Shown: positions 47,927-58,078 of the stretch, piece after piece
How positions within the stretch are numbered: position 1 is the stretch's first letter
Layout of the letters: every line of letters begins with the position of its first letter
From: a virus
IMG/VR virus record: IMGVR_UViG_3300048929_000185
Coordinates: 32,001 to 96,000 of that record
DNA: 64,000 nucleotides
Direction: 5' to 3' (one strand)
The notes under the pieces: generated by a model
The model's input: the letters and a program-made list of their open reading frames with translations, nothing else
What the model was told of the DNA's origin: nothing
Databases searched by the model: none
Position numbers and translations under genes: made by a program

Positions 47927-48070
47927 ATGTATGACGAAGATGCTTTAATCATCTCTCTTACCGATGATGAGATTACTATTTTAAAAGAAGTATTAAAGAA
48001 CAGACTTGAATCTTGTCTTTCATTGGGAGAACAGGTAACGATTGAGGAATTAATTGAAAAGTTAAATTAA
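47927..48070 (+). CDS. Small hypothetical protein (47 aa)
   Basis: MYDEDALII...; AGGTGG RBS. Confidence 0.55.
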   Translation: MYDEDALIISLTDDEITILKEVLKNRLESCLSLGEQVTIEELIEKLN

Positions 48071-48074
48071 CATA

Positions 48075-48107
48075 GGACTCTGCACTGTAATAGGTGTGGA
48101 GTTTTTT
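48075..48107 (+). terminator. Rho-independent terminator
   Basis: GACTCTGCAC/GTGTGGAGTT hairpin followed by a T run. Confidence 0.6.
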
Positions 48108-48256
48108 AGATGGAAAATAATGTATGGGTATGCTCCATGCTCCATTAATGGTTGTTTTGAGAGATAATTACTCTCCTCTTCCATAAACGCATTGAACCTG
48201 ACGAAACGTTTGGTTCTTTTTGTTTACACAAATGAATCAACGAAAGGATTGATAGC

Positions 48257-48916
48257 ATGTTAATAGAAATTGCAAAATTTAATAAGGTAGAAACAACTGT
48301 AGTGAGTAGTCTTGATGTATCAGAAACATTTGATAAACATCACCGCGATGTAATGGAGTCAATAAGGACGATAGGTTCAAACATTAGTACAGCGGAATTT
48401 TCCGCTCTATTTAATTTGACATCATACAGAGCTTCTAATGGTAAAACCAATCCTATGTATGTAATGACAAAGGACGGATTTACACTTCTTGCAATGGGAT
48501 ATACAGGTGAAAAAGCTATGAAGTTTAAACTTGCTTATATTAAGCAGTTTAATGCAATGGAAAAAGCTTTACAGGGAAAACTTATTGAAAGAGAAAAAGG
48601 AATTGCCGTAAGGCAGTCTTTGACAAAGGCTCTACAGCTATCAACAGAAAATGAGAGAATGCATGGACATGCATATTCAAATTATACAAATTGTATATAT
48701 AAAGTCTTATTTGGCATGAACGCAAATCAGTTAAGAGATAAATATGGAATTGGTAAAAACGATCAGATAAGAGACTGTTTGTCAGAAAATGAGTTAAGAG
48801 CAATACAATCCATGGAAAGCATGGTGAGTGGATTGGTTGATTGCGGTTGGGGATATGATCAAATTAAAACTTTTATTGAACAAACAAATACAACAAAACA
48901 ATTAGGAGTGGCTTAA
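48257..48916 (+). CDS. Rha family phage regulatory protein
   Basis: SSLDVSETFDKHHRDV, MTKDGFTLLAMGYTGEKAMKFKLAYIKQFNAME. Confidence 0.93.
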   Translation: MLIEIAKFNKVETTVVSSLDVSETFDKHHRDVMESIRTIGSNISTAEFSALFNLTSYRASNGKTNPMYVMTKDGFTLLAMGYTGEKAMKFKLAYIKQFNAMEKALQGKLIEREKGIAVRQSLTKALQLSTENERMHGHAYSNYTNCIYKVLFGMNANQLRDKYGIGKNDQIRDCLSENELRAIQSMESMVSGLVDCGWGYDQIKTFIEQTNTTKQLGVA

Positions 48917-48957
48917 TGTCACTCTCTTTTTATTAGCAAAAGAGGGGGAGTGAGTGA

Positions 48958-49989
48958 ATGGACGGTAAAATTGCAGACCGTAGCGATGATATAACAGACG
49001 AAATGTGGCTTGAAGTAAATGAGTTTAATCGTAATATGGTTCAGGAATACTTAGAAAATCAGGCTGAATTAGCAGTAAAAACAAAAATAGGCTACGAATC
49101 AGCGTTAAAAATATTTTTCTACTGGGTGAAAGAACATCTGAATAATAAAAGTTGCCTGGAAATAAAAAAGAAAGAATTTGTAAGATACTTAAACTGGCTT
49201 ACAAACAGAGGGCTTTCGGATTCGGCTATTAAGTTTAAGAAATCTGCGGTAAGCAATATATGTAATTACATAATGATGATGTACGAGGAGGAATATCCTA
49301 CCTTCAGAACGTTCGTAACAAAGGAAATGAAAGTGGTAAAAACCGGTTATGTACACCCTAAAATCCCGCTCACTCCTGATGAATATGTTCATTTATGCGA
49401 AGAATTGGAGAAACGAGAGGAATGGGAGAAACTAGCCTACCTTATGTTTTCTTATTCTACAGGTTGTCGTAGAGCTGAAGCAAGACAATTACTAAAGGAA
49501 GTAGTTAATTATACTCCCGTTGAAAATGAAATTACAATTATCGATGAAGATAAAAATGAGCAAAAAGTGATGTCTAAAAAATACATAACACACACAATTC
49601 GTTGTAAAGGAGCTTCCGTAATCGGAAAACCAAGAAAACTTAAATTTGGCGAAGAAGTCATGGACGTATTTAAAAAGTGGTTAGAGGTACGTGGTGAAGA
49701 TGATAACCCATATATGTTTACCATTAATGTAAAGAAAACTGGAGAGGTTAGACAGGTTGCAGAAGGAACATTTAATGGTTGGTGCAAAGGCTTATTTGCT
49801 GAAATAGTTGGTCGAAGAGTTCATCCTCATCTATTTCGGGAGTCAAGAGCTACAAATTTAGTCGTTTATGAACATAAATCTGCTGAAGTTGCTCAGAAAT
49901 TATTAGGCCACAACGATGTAACTACCACGAAAAATCATTATATTATCCGAAATGATGAGGCTGACGAATCTGACGAAGCATTCACTTAG
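48958..49989 (+). CDS. Tyrosine recombinase (YomM-like)
   Basis: STGCRRAE (R), RCKG (K), HLFR (HxxR), LLGH (H), NHY (Y). Confidence 0.9.
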   Translation: MDGKIADRSDDITDEMWLEVNEFNRNMVQEYLENQAELAVKTKIGYESALKIFFYWVKEHLNNKSCLEIKKKEFVRYLNWLTNRGLSDSAIKFKKSAVSNICNYIMMMYEEEYPTFRTFVTKEMKVVKTGYVHPKIPLTPDEYVHLCEELEKREEWEKLAYLMFSYSTGCRRAEARQLLKEVVNYTPVENEITIIDEDKNEQKVMSKKYITHTIRCKGASVIGKPRKLKFGEEVMDVFKKWLEVRGEDDNPYMFTINVKKTGEVRQVAEGTFNGWCKGLFAEIVGRRVHPHLFRESRATNLVVYEHKSAEVAQKLLGHNDVTTTKNHYIIRNDEADESDEAFT

Positions 49990-49999
49990 AATCCAACTT

Positions 50000-50458
50000 T
50001 CATTGGTAAAACACAGGCTCGCTTGCCGAGGGAATTGTAGTAGCCAATCCGGGCACTCCCCTGTCTAAAAAAAATTGTGAACGATTGTTACTTAAAAGAA
50101 CCGTTAAGTCGGCAATTCAAAAAGAAATGAGTTAATAACTCAAACCTTCGGGTATGAAATCCCAACAAAAAATAATATTGGTTCTGACGTGCATGGGAAG
50201 TCAGATTAAATGTGGTCAATCAGGTAACGGTATCTGAGCGTAAAACAACCAACAGCAGGAAGAGCTTGCTGCTTATCAAGGCGAGGTTGGTAGACCTACT
50301 GAACTGCCTAGGAACTGACATGCTTCCTAGAAAGGTGAAAACCGTATGTTTAAGTGCGATAGAATTAACTGTAGGCGAAACGCCGTACTTCCGTATTATT
50401 GGAAGTGTGTCATTTGACACTATATATTAATAATTCAGAAGAGACAACTACTCTCCTA
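50000..50458 (+). ncRNA. Candidate large structured ncRNA (ROOL/GOLLD-like class)
   Basis: About 460 nt, GC-richer than flanks, many hairpins (ACC-TTCG-GGT, TCTGAC/GTCAGA, CAGCAG/TTGCTG, CTAGGAA/TTCCTAG, ACTTCC/GGAAGT, GTGTCA/TGACAC). Confidence 0.55.
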
Positions 50459-50481
50459 TCTTGCCGAAAGGAGTAATTAAA

Positions 50482-51363
50482 TTGAATATTAACCAAAATA
50501 CAAACTTTGGAACACACAATACATCTGTGCGTCCAGGCAAAATAGAATACATAATTATACATTACGTAGGAGCCACGGGTGATGCAAAGGCAAACATAAA
50601 TTATTATAATCAGCCAACTACTACAAATGCATCTGCCGACTTCTATGTCGGATTTTCCGGTGATGTATGGCAATACAATCCTGATCCAATCTCTCGCTAT
50701 TGTTGGGCAGTAGGAGGAAAGAAATTATCTACGGGTGGTGGATCATTATACGGGATTGCTAAGAATGTCAACTGTGTAAGCGTCGAAATGTGTGTTAGGA
50801 ATAATGGCAGCAAAGCAGATACAAGCCGAGACTGGTATTTTGAAGATGCCACTGTACAGTCAGCTATTGAACTTACTAAAGAACTGATGACTAGATACAA
50901 TATTCCAGTTGATCGAGTAATCAGACACTATGATGTGACGGGAAAGATTTGTCCAAATCCTTACGTATACGATCATACTAAACATACATGGACTGATTTT
51001 AAGGCGGCTCTCACTGAACAAAAAACACATGAAAAGAAATCCGGTTGGAAACAGGAAGACGGTGGCTGGCGCTTTTATAACGGTGACACCGGAGAATGTA
51101 TTAAAAACGACTGGTATCATGACACAGAAAAAAATTTATGGTACTGGTTTGACGGAAATGGAATGATGGTTACAAATACATGGTATCAATATAAAGGTGG
51201 TTGGTACTATCTCAACGCAGATGGCGCTATGTGCAGATCACAACTTGTAGAAAATAATGGTAAGATCTATGCTGTTGATTCTGATGGAAAGATGGTAACT
51301 GGAGAGGTATTGGTATCAACATTAAGCGATGGATCTTTACAGTATAAAGGGTTAGCAAAATAG
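50482..51363 (+). CDS. Endolysin: Amidase_2 with C-terminal cell-wall-binding repeats
   Basis: YIIIHYVG, SADFYV, SVEMC, VIRHYDVTGKICP; WYWFDGNGMMVT repeats. Confidence 0.93.
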   Translation: MNINQNTNFGTHNTSVRPGKIEYIIIHYVGATGDAKANINYYNQPTTTNASADFYVGFSGDVWQYNPDPISRYCWAVGGKKLSTGGGSLYGIAKNVNCVSVEMCVRNNGSKADTSRDWYFEDATVQSAIELTKELMTRYNIPVDRVIRHYDVTGKICPNPYVYDHTKHTWTDFKAALTEQKTHEKKSGWKQEDGGWRFYNGDTGECIKNDWYHDTEKNLWYWFDGNGMMVTNTWYQYKGGWYYLNADGAMCRSQLVENNGKIYAVDSDGKMVTGEVLVSTLSDGSLQYKGLAK

Positions 51364-51374
51364 GAGGAATAAAA

Positions 51375-51668
51375 ATGGAACAGATTATGAAATATATTAA
51401 ACCGGAACTTGTAGTTGTGGCTGTAGTTCTTTATTTTATTGGCATGTGGATTAAACAGGGACAGCTTATTAAAGATAAATATATTCCACTGGTTAATGGA
51501 GCCGTAGGGATCGTTCTGTGCGCTATTTATGTGTTGGCGGCAACTACATTCGGTAACACACAAGAGTTCGCTCTAGTGGTGTTTACGGCGCTCACACAGG
51601 GTATTCTTGTGGCAGGATTAAGTACATATGTTGACCAGATTATTAAGCAGATTAACAAGGACGAATAA
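51375..51668 (+). CDS. Holin
   Basis: YIKPEL..V..VLY.IG..IK, KDKYIP, TQGILVAG; three TM; next to endolysin. Confidence 0.88.
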   Translation: MEQIMKYIKPELVVVAVVLYFIGMWIKQGQLIKDKYIPLVNGAVGIVLCAIYVLAATTFGNTQEFALVVFTALTQGILVAGLSTYVDQIIKQINKDE

Positions 51669-51861
51669 CGGATAAATGTAATGTTTTATTGGAGAAATAA
51701 ATATTCGCAGTAGATATGGGACATCTCTCTGAGGTGTCTCTTTTTGTGTTGCGAAAACACTAAAACATGGGAGACATGCTGGAGTAGCTACCAGCGTGAG
51801 TTAGGTCTACCTACCCTACTCTCCCATTATTATTTTTTGTAGGTAGAGAAAGTAGGTAAGT

Positions 51862-53508
51862 ATGGTTTCAGAAGAGGAATATAAGCAAAGATTGCAAAAG
51901 GTTCATGGCAATAAAATTAAATTGGTGTCTGGATATAAAGGCACCTCATTTAAAGCAATTCATTGTTGTGAAAAACATAATTTTGAATATGAAATGTTTC
52001 CATATGCCGCTTTAAGGGGACAAGAATGTAGATATTGCATGAAAGAAAAATTAAGAAATGCTGCTCTTATATCAGAAAGTGAAGCGAAACGTAGACTATT
52101 TAACACGTATGGAAATGAATTTGAATTATGCGAAAAATATCATGGAGTATCCGAAAACATAAATTTAAGCACAACTTAAAAGATGGAACGAATCATATAT
52201 TTATGACGACATTTACTTTGTTATATTTAGGAGAATGCTGTGGTATATGTAGCAATAATAGAGTTCTAGTTGGATATAACGATATTGGAACAACAAACCC
52301 ATATATCGCGTCATTATTTTCAAACAAAGAAGATGCTTATAACTATGTAGAATTAAGCAATCAAGAAATTGAATTTATATGTCCTGATTGCGGAAGCCGT
52401 TCAAACCAAATTATTGCTAAAGTTGTAAAAGGGAATAGAGTGCTATGTCCATACTGTTCTGATGGAATTTCGTATCCTAATAAATTTATATATAACTGTT
52501 TGATGCAAATATCATACGAATTGGATTTTATTCACAGAGAATACAAACCTAATTGGTGTAAATTTAAATTAAAAATAAAAGCAAAACTGGTATTTATGAT
52601 ATTTATTTTGGGATTAATGGTAAAAAATATATTGTTGAGATGGACGGAGGTTTTCATAATAATCCATATGTAAAATCTGAATTATCTATTTCAGACTCTA
52701 AGTACATAGATGAACAAAAAGATTTATTGGCGATGCAACATGATATAGAGGTTATTAGAATTGATTGTGATTATCGAAAAATATCTGAAAGATACTCCTT
52801 TATTAAACAGAACATGTTGAAATCTATTTTATCAAAAATTATAAATTTAACACATATAGATTTTCATGATGCAGACATTAAATCGCTACAGTCTTTGTTA
52901 ATTGAATCTTGCAAATTATGGAATGACGGAATGACAGTTACTAATATAGGAGAAGCTATTGGTGTTAGTGTACAAACTGCCAGATCATATTTAACTTCCG
53001 GAATGAAATGTGGATTATGTGACTATTCAAAGAGTTTAAGTAGAATTCGTTCAAAAACTCAAATACCCGTAATATGTTTAAACGATTTTTCTGAATATAA
53101 AAGTATTACAGAAGCGGCGGAAAAATATATGCTAACACCTGAATCAATAAGGTCTTGCTGTTGCGGTAAAACATTATCATCTGGAGAAGAAAATGGAAAT
53201 AGGATTGTTTGGAAATATTTAGATGATTTTGCACATATGAAAACAAAAGATATAAAGCAATGTTTGATTGACGCGTATACAAAGAAAGTAGTTTGTATAT
53301 CTAAAATATATTATTCGCTACAATTAAAGACGCTGCTGAATGGACTGGAGTAAGTTCATCTGCAATAAGTAAATGTTGCACGGGACTTAGTAAATCATGT
53401 GGAATAGATACAGATAAAAACACCCCAATGCATTGGAAATATTATGATGATTATATAGTAAATAACGATATTAGCACTCTAATCCTTTATGGAAGATTGA
53501 GTGCTTAA
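51862..53508 (+). pseudogene. Zinc-ribbon/PD-(D/E)xK/NUMOD1-type endonuclease gene split by three frameshifts
   Basis: ORFs 51862, 52128, 52640 and a tail to 53508 join if one A is added in A-runs near 52155, 52572 and 53304; VLVGYNDI, CPYCSDGISYPNK, IVEMDGGFH, NUMOD1-like repeats. Confidence 0.75.
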
Positions 53509-53538
53509 TTTATTGCAAAAAGAAAGGATGGTGTTGTC

Positions 53539-54573
53539 GTGGCACAGCCAAAATCAAACAGACGAATTACTATTACTTCACCGTCTAAAAACACAGAAAT
53601 TGAAAAAATTAAATACTCAAAAGAAGATGAACCAAATTTCTACAAATGCCCCGCTTGTGGTTCATCATATAAAATATTAGACGATAATTTCCCGGCTTCT
53701 CAAAGTGAATTATATGCAGGTTGGAGTTACCATCTTCCAATTTGCAAGAAATGTTTGGATAAAATGTTTGAACATTATACAGAGGCGTATGGTGGAGATG
53801 AAGATACTGCAATAAGAAGATTGTGTGAAAAATATGATATTTATTATGATTTGAGTTTATTAAATGCTAGCAGAAAAATTACAAAAAATAGATCTCGTAT
53901 TCATACATACATATCAAAGGCAAATTTAAATCAATATTCCGGTAAGACATTTGATACAACATTAGACGAAGAAAGAAAAGAAGGAATTATAGAGACTCTT
54001 GAAGACGTAAAAGATTCTAAGAAAGCAAAGCTTAAAACTGTAAAATTCTTTGGAACGGGTTTTGAAGACGATGACTATTCTTTTCTTGAAGATGAATATT
54101 TAGACTGGACAACAAGACATGAGTGTAGCACAAAGGCACAGGAAGAAGTTTTTAAACAAATATGTTACGCCCAGTTAGATATATTAAAAGCAAAAAGAAA
54201 AGGATTACCAACAAAAGACCTAACTAAGACATTACAGGATTTATTGGCAACAGCAAATCTTCAGCCAAAACAAACAAAAGATAATACTTTGGCGGAGCAA
54301 AATACATTTGGAACCTTAATTAGAAAATGGGAAAACGAGAAACCAATACCTGAGCCAGATGAGGAATGGAAAGATGTTGACGGAATTGTAAAATATATCA
54401 CCGTCTATTTCTTAGGTCATTTGTGTAAAATGATGGGTATTAAAAACTCTTATTCTCGGCTATACGAATCTGAAATGTCAAAATATAAAGTTGAAAAACC
54501 AGAATACGAAGACGATGATGAAGCTTTGTTTGATGCGGTATTTGGGGGTGAATTGGATGATTCAAACCAATAA
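53539..54573 (+). CDS. YonG-like protein, candidate small terminase subunit
   Basis: CPACG...PICKKC; TFGTLIRKWENEKPIPEPD; directly upstream of the terminase. Confidence 0.7.
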   Translation: MAQPKSNRRITITSPSKNTEIEKIKYSKEDEPNFYKCPACGSSYKILDDNFPASQSELYAGWSYHLPICKKCLDKMFEHYTEAYGGDEDTAIRRLCEKYDIYYDLSLLNASRKITKNRSRIHTYISKANLNQYSGKTFDTTLDEERKEGIIETLEDVKDSKKAKLKTVKFFGTGFEDDDYSFLEDEYLDWTTRHECSTKAQEEVFKQICYAQLDILKAKRKGLPTKDLTKTLQDLLATANLQPKQTKDNTLAEQNTFGTLIRKWENEKPIPEPDEEWKDVDGIVKYITVYFLGHLCKMMGIKNSYSRLYESEMSKYKVEKPEYEDDDEALFDAVFGGELDDSNQ

Positions 54574-56317
54574 AAAAACAGAGCAAGAAGTCGCAAATGA
54601 TAAAGCATCAAAAATAATGAATGGTGTTGCTACATGGTGTAGCTTTTACCGTTCAAATCCTCATCGATTCGCCCGCGATTATTTGGGAGTCTCCTTAAAG
54701 CTTTTTCAAGTAATATTGCTTTATATGATGAATATAAGTAATTATTTCATGTATCTAGCTGCCCGCGGGCAAGGAAAAACGTGGTTGACTGCTTTATTTT
54801 GCACAATTCGTTGTATTTTATATCCAGGAACTAAAATTTGTGTAGCATCTAAAAATAGAAATCAAGCTAATGAAGTTCTTGAGAAAATCACGACTGACTT
54901 CTTAGATAAATCTGATAATTTAAAATTAGAAATTGAAGATTATTCAGTTGGTCAAAACAAGGCATATGTTTTATTTAAGAACGGGTCATGGATAAAGGTT
55001 GTAACGGCATCGGATTCCGGGAGAAGCGCCCGCGCCAATATTTTAATTACAGATGAATTTAGAATGGTTGATTTGATAGTAATAAATACGGTTTTACGTA
55101 AATTTTTAACAGCTCCAAGAACTCCAAAGTATTTAAGCAAAAAAGAATACAAACATCTAGTTGAAAGAAATAAAGAAATCTATATGTCTAGCTGTTGGTT
55201 TAAAAGTCATTGGTCTTTTGAAAAGGCAAAAGCTTATTGCGCCAATCTTGTAAGCGATTCAAAAAAATATTTTATTTGTGGACTTCCATATCAAATATCA
55301 ATTAAAGAGGGTTTGCTTTCAAAGGAACAAGTAGCAGATGAAATGTCTGAGGCTGACTTTTCTGAGATGGCATGGGATATGGAAATGGGGTGTTTGTGGT
55401 ATGGAGACAAAGATGGCTCTTTATTCTCATATGAAGATACGTCTAAAAACAGAGTACTTAAAAGAACAGTATATCCTACACACATATCAAAATTACTTTC
55501 AGATAAATCAACCAAAATGCCAGATTTAAAAAATCAAGAACAAAGAATAATTTCAGTTGACGTGGCTCTTTTGGCTTCAAAGAAACAAAACAACGACGCT
55601 GCTTCTATTTTTATTAATAGTGCTATTCCCACAAACAATCAAAGATATATTGGGAATTTAATATATACTGAAAATCATGAGGGACTAAATACTGATGAAC
55701 TTGCATTGATTGTTAGAAGATATTATGAAATGTATAAGTGCACATATATTGCATTAGATGTTAAGGGAATTGGCCTTGGAGTGTATGATTGTTTAATAAA
55801 AGATATGTACGATCCATTAACAGGAGAAACGTATGGTGCATTAAGCTGTTGTAATGATAAAGTTTATGCCGATAGATGCAAGGTTCAGGGCGCACCAAAA
55901 GTAATTTGGGCAATACAGGCGACCGCGCAGTTTAATAACGATATGTATTTATCTTTGCGAGAAGGATTTAGACAAAATAAAATAAACCTTCTTATAAATG
56001 AATTTGAAGCAGACGAAGTCTTAAAAGATATTAGAGGATATAACTCCTTACAAATAAGTGATAAAACTTTATTACAAATGCCATATATACATACCACATT
56101 ACTCATAAATGAGCTGATTAATTTGGAATATGAAGCAAAAGGGGTAAACATAAGAGTACATGAGAAATCTGGAATGCGAAAAGATAGGGTTTCTAGTGTT
56201 GGATATAATTATTGGGTGCAATGCCAATTGGAAACAAAATTGAAAAAGCCAGCAAGTACTTCATTTGATCCATCAGAAGCATTTAAAATCAGGCAACCAA
56301 AATTACGTAAATATTAA
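54557..56317 (+). CDS. Terminase large subunit (YonF-like)
   Basis: ARGQGKT Walker A, LITDEFR Walker B, ISVDVA and KDRVSS nuclease motifs. Confidence 0.92.
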   Translation: MIQTNKKTEQEVANDKASKIMNGVATWCSFYRSNPHRFARDYLGVSLKLFQVILLYMMNISNYFMYLAARGQGKTWLTALFCTIRCILYPGTKICVASKNRNQANEVLEKITTDFLDKSDNLKLEIEDYSVGQNKAYVLFKNGSWIKVVTASDSGRSARANILITDEFRMVDLIVINTVLRKFLTAPRTPKYLSKKEYKHLVERNKEIYMSSCWFKSHWSFEKAKAYCANLVSDSKKYFICGLPYQISIKEGLLSKEQVADEMSEADFSEMAWDMEMGCLWYGDKDGSLFSYEDTSKNRVLKRTVYPTHISKLLSDKSTKMPDLKNQEQRIISVDVALLASKKQNNDAASIFINSAIPTNNQRYIGNLIYTENHEGLNTDELALIVRRYYEMYKCTYIALDVKGIGLGVYDCLIKDMYDPLTGETYGALSCCNDKVYADRCKVQGAPKVIWAIQATAQFNNDMYLSLREGFRQNKINLLINEFEADEVLKDIRGYNSLQISDKTLLQMPYIHTTLLINELINLEYEAKGVNIRVHEKSGMRKDRVSSVGYNYWVQCQLETKLKKPASTSFDPSEAFKIRQPKLRKY

Positions 56318-56329
56318 GGAGGTGAGAAT

Positions 56330-57862
56330 TTGGAAGAAAAAAAAGAACCATCTGGAAATAAAACCTTAGAACAGATTGCGGTAGAAAAATATTCTCAGCT
56401 TGCGTTTGCAAATTTAAAAAAGAATATTGTTCAGGATTTAATAAAAAATCGCAACGAAAGTATCATATATAGGAAATACCCGAAAGAGCGCGTTGTTCAA
56501 ATGCTTGAAGCGCCACAAACATTTGCTTCTGCTTTACAGGAAATGAGTAACTTTTTATATATGGTAAGTCCTCATTACAAAAGATTGATAAATTATTATT
56601 CAATGCTTCCGAAATTTAATTATTCTATTCGTCCATTGAACTTACCTCAAAAAAGTAAAATCAAAAAGACTGAGTATCGTAATACATACAATTACGTGTG
56701 CGACTTATTTAAAAAATACAACTTAAAACAAGAATGTTTTAAAATTATGCAATCAGTATTTCGAGATGGTATCTTCTACGGATTATCATACGAAACTACT
56801 GATTCTTTTTATATTAGGCCATTTAATCGTGCATTTGCAAGGATATCTTCTGTTGAAGACGGAGTATTTGTAATGTCTATCGATTTGCTCTATTTTTCAG
56901 ATAAAGAAGATTTGCTTCCGGAATACGGAAAAGAAATTGAGTCTGCGTATTTAGCTTATAAAGGTAATCCCAAAAAGGGGACAAAAGGAGACGGATCGAA
57001 AAGGTGGTATGAACCTAGCAATGGTATCTGTATTAAAGCAGATGAAGATGATCCGATTTACGCAATTCCAGTATTTACGGGTTTAATTCTCGGAGTTTTG
57101 GATATTGAGGATTATAAGCTACTTAAAAAGGCAAAAACTGAGATTGACAATTATAAGGTTTTAGCAATGAAAATGGAAGCAGATGAGCAAGGTATACCCA
57201 AAATGGATTATGAGATGGCTATGAAATATTATGGTCAGGCAGCTGCTAATATCCCAGACGGGATTGGACTAATATTGTCTCCGTTTACTATAAGTGATTT
57301 TTCATTCCAAAAATCTAGTGTGGCGGATACAGATGCAGTAAGTGAAGCCGAAGAAAACTTTTGGTCAAGTTCAGGAACATCGCCTTTACTATTTGGATCA
57401 GCTAAAAATAAGACCTCAACATCAATGGAACTTTCAATCCGGAATGATGAGTTAATATCGTTTGCTGTAATGAACCAAATACAAAGATATTTCAACATGA
57501 AAACCAAGAAAATGGATTTACCATATTCTTTTGAAATGAGATTTTTGGAACAAAGTATCTATAATGAAACTAAAGTTCAGGACTCGTATTTAAAGGCTGG
57601 GCAGTACGGAGTATCTACAAAACTATTGTATGCTAATTCATTAGGGCTTGAACCGGCAGATATTAATGGAATGTCATATTTAGAAGATGAGATTTTGGGA
57701 ATTGGCAAAAACATGTTTATTAGACCTCTTATAAGTTCTAATACATTAAGTGGCGGATCAGTAGATAATACTGGAGGTAGACCAACCAATGAATCTAAAG
57801 GGGAACAATTGACAGAGTCTGGTCAACAAACGTCAGAGACAGATCAAAATCTGAATCGATAG
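56330..57862 (+). CDS. Portal protein (YonE-like)
   Basis: 510 aa after the terminase; GGRPT C-terminal motif. Confidence 0.8.
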   Translation: MEEKKEPSGNKTLEQIAVEKYSQLAFANLKKNIVQDLIKNRNESIIYRKYPKERVVQMLEAPQTFASALQEMSNFLYMVSPHYKRLINYYSMLPKFNYSIRPLNLPQKSKIKKTEYRNTYNYVCDLFKKYNLKQECFKIMQSVFRDGIFYGLSYETTDSFYIRPFNRAFARISSVEDGVFVMSIDLLYFSDKEDLLPEYGKEIESAYLAYKGNPKKGTKGDGSKRWYEPSNGICIKADEDDPIYAIPVFTGLILGVLDIEDYKLLKKAKTEIDNYKVLAMKMEADEQGIPKMDYEMAMKYYGQAAANIPDGIGLILSPFTISDFSFQKSSVADTDAVSEAEENFWSSSGTSPLLFGSAKNKTSTSMELSIRNDELISFAVMNQIQRYFNMKTKKMDLPYSFEMRFLEQSIYNETKVQDSYLKAGQYGVSTKLLYANSLGLEPADINGMSYLEDEILGIGKNMFIRPLISSNTLSGGSVDNTGGRPTNESKGEQLTESGQQTSETDQNLNR

Positions 57863-57873
57863 GCGGTGAATGA

Positions 57874-58065
57874 ATGAAAAGCATGATAAAGGTTTTAAAC
57901 CAAGAAAAGGCAAATCAACTCGCCATACTTGGATTTAAATATGTTTTAGAGACTGTGAACGGAGAATCTGTTTGCAGTTTTTTTATGTCAGAAAAAATTA
58001 TGGATTATATTAATTCCAATTTTGATAAAAAAGACTTCTTTCTGACAAACAAAATTACTTTTTAA
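57874..58065 (+). CDS. Hypothetical protein
   Basis: ORF with RBS in the head operon. Confidence 0.7.
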   Translation: MKSMIKVLNQEKANQLAILGFKYVLETVNGESVCSFFMSEKIMDYINSNFDKKDFFLTNKITF

Positions 58066-58078
58066 GAAAGGAGGAAAA

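Noticed and set aside
48194-48216. GAACCTGACGAAACGTTTGGTTC as a minimal hammerhead
   Set aside because: Lacks stem II and a proper stem III/cleavage triplet; treated as a leader hairpin
50212-50430. ORFs on both strands in the structured region
   Set aside because: No RBS and atypical composition; better explained by RNA structure
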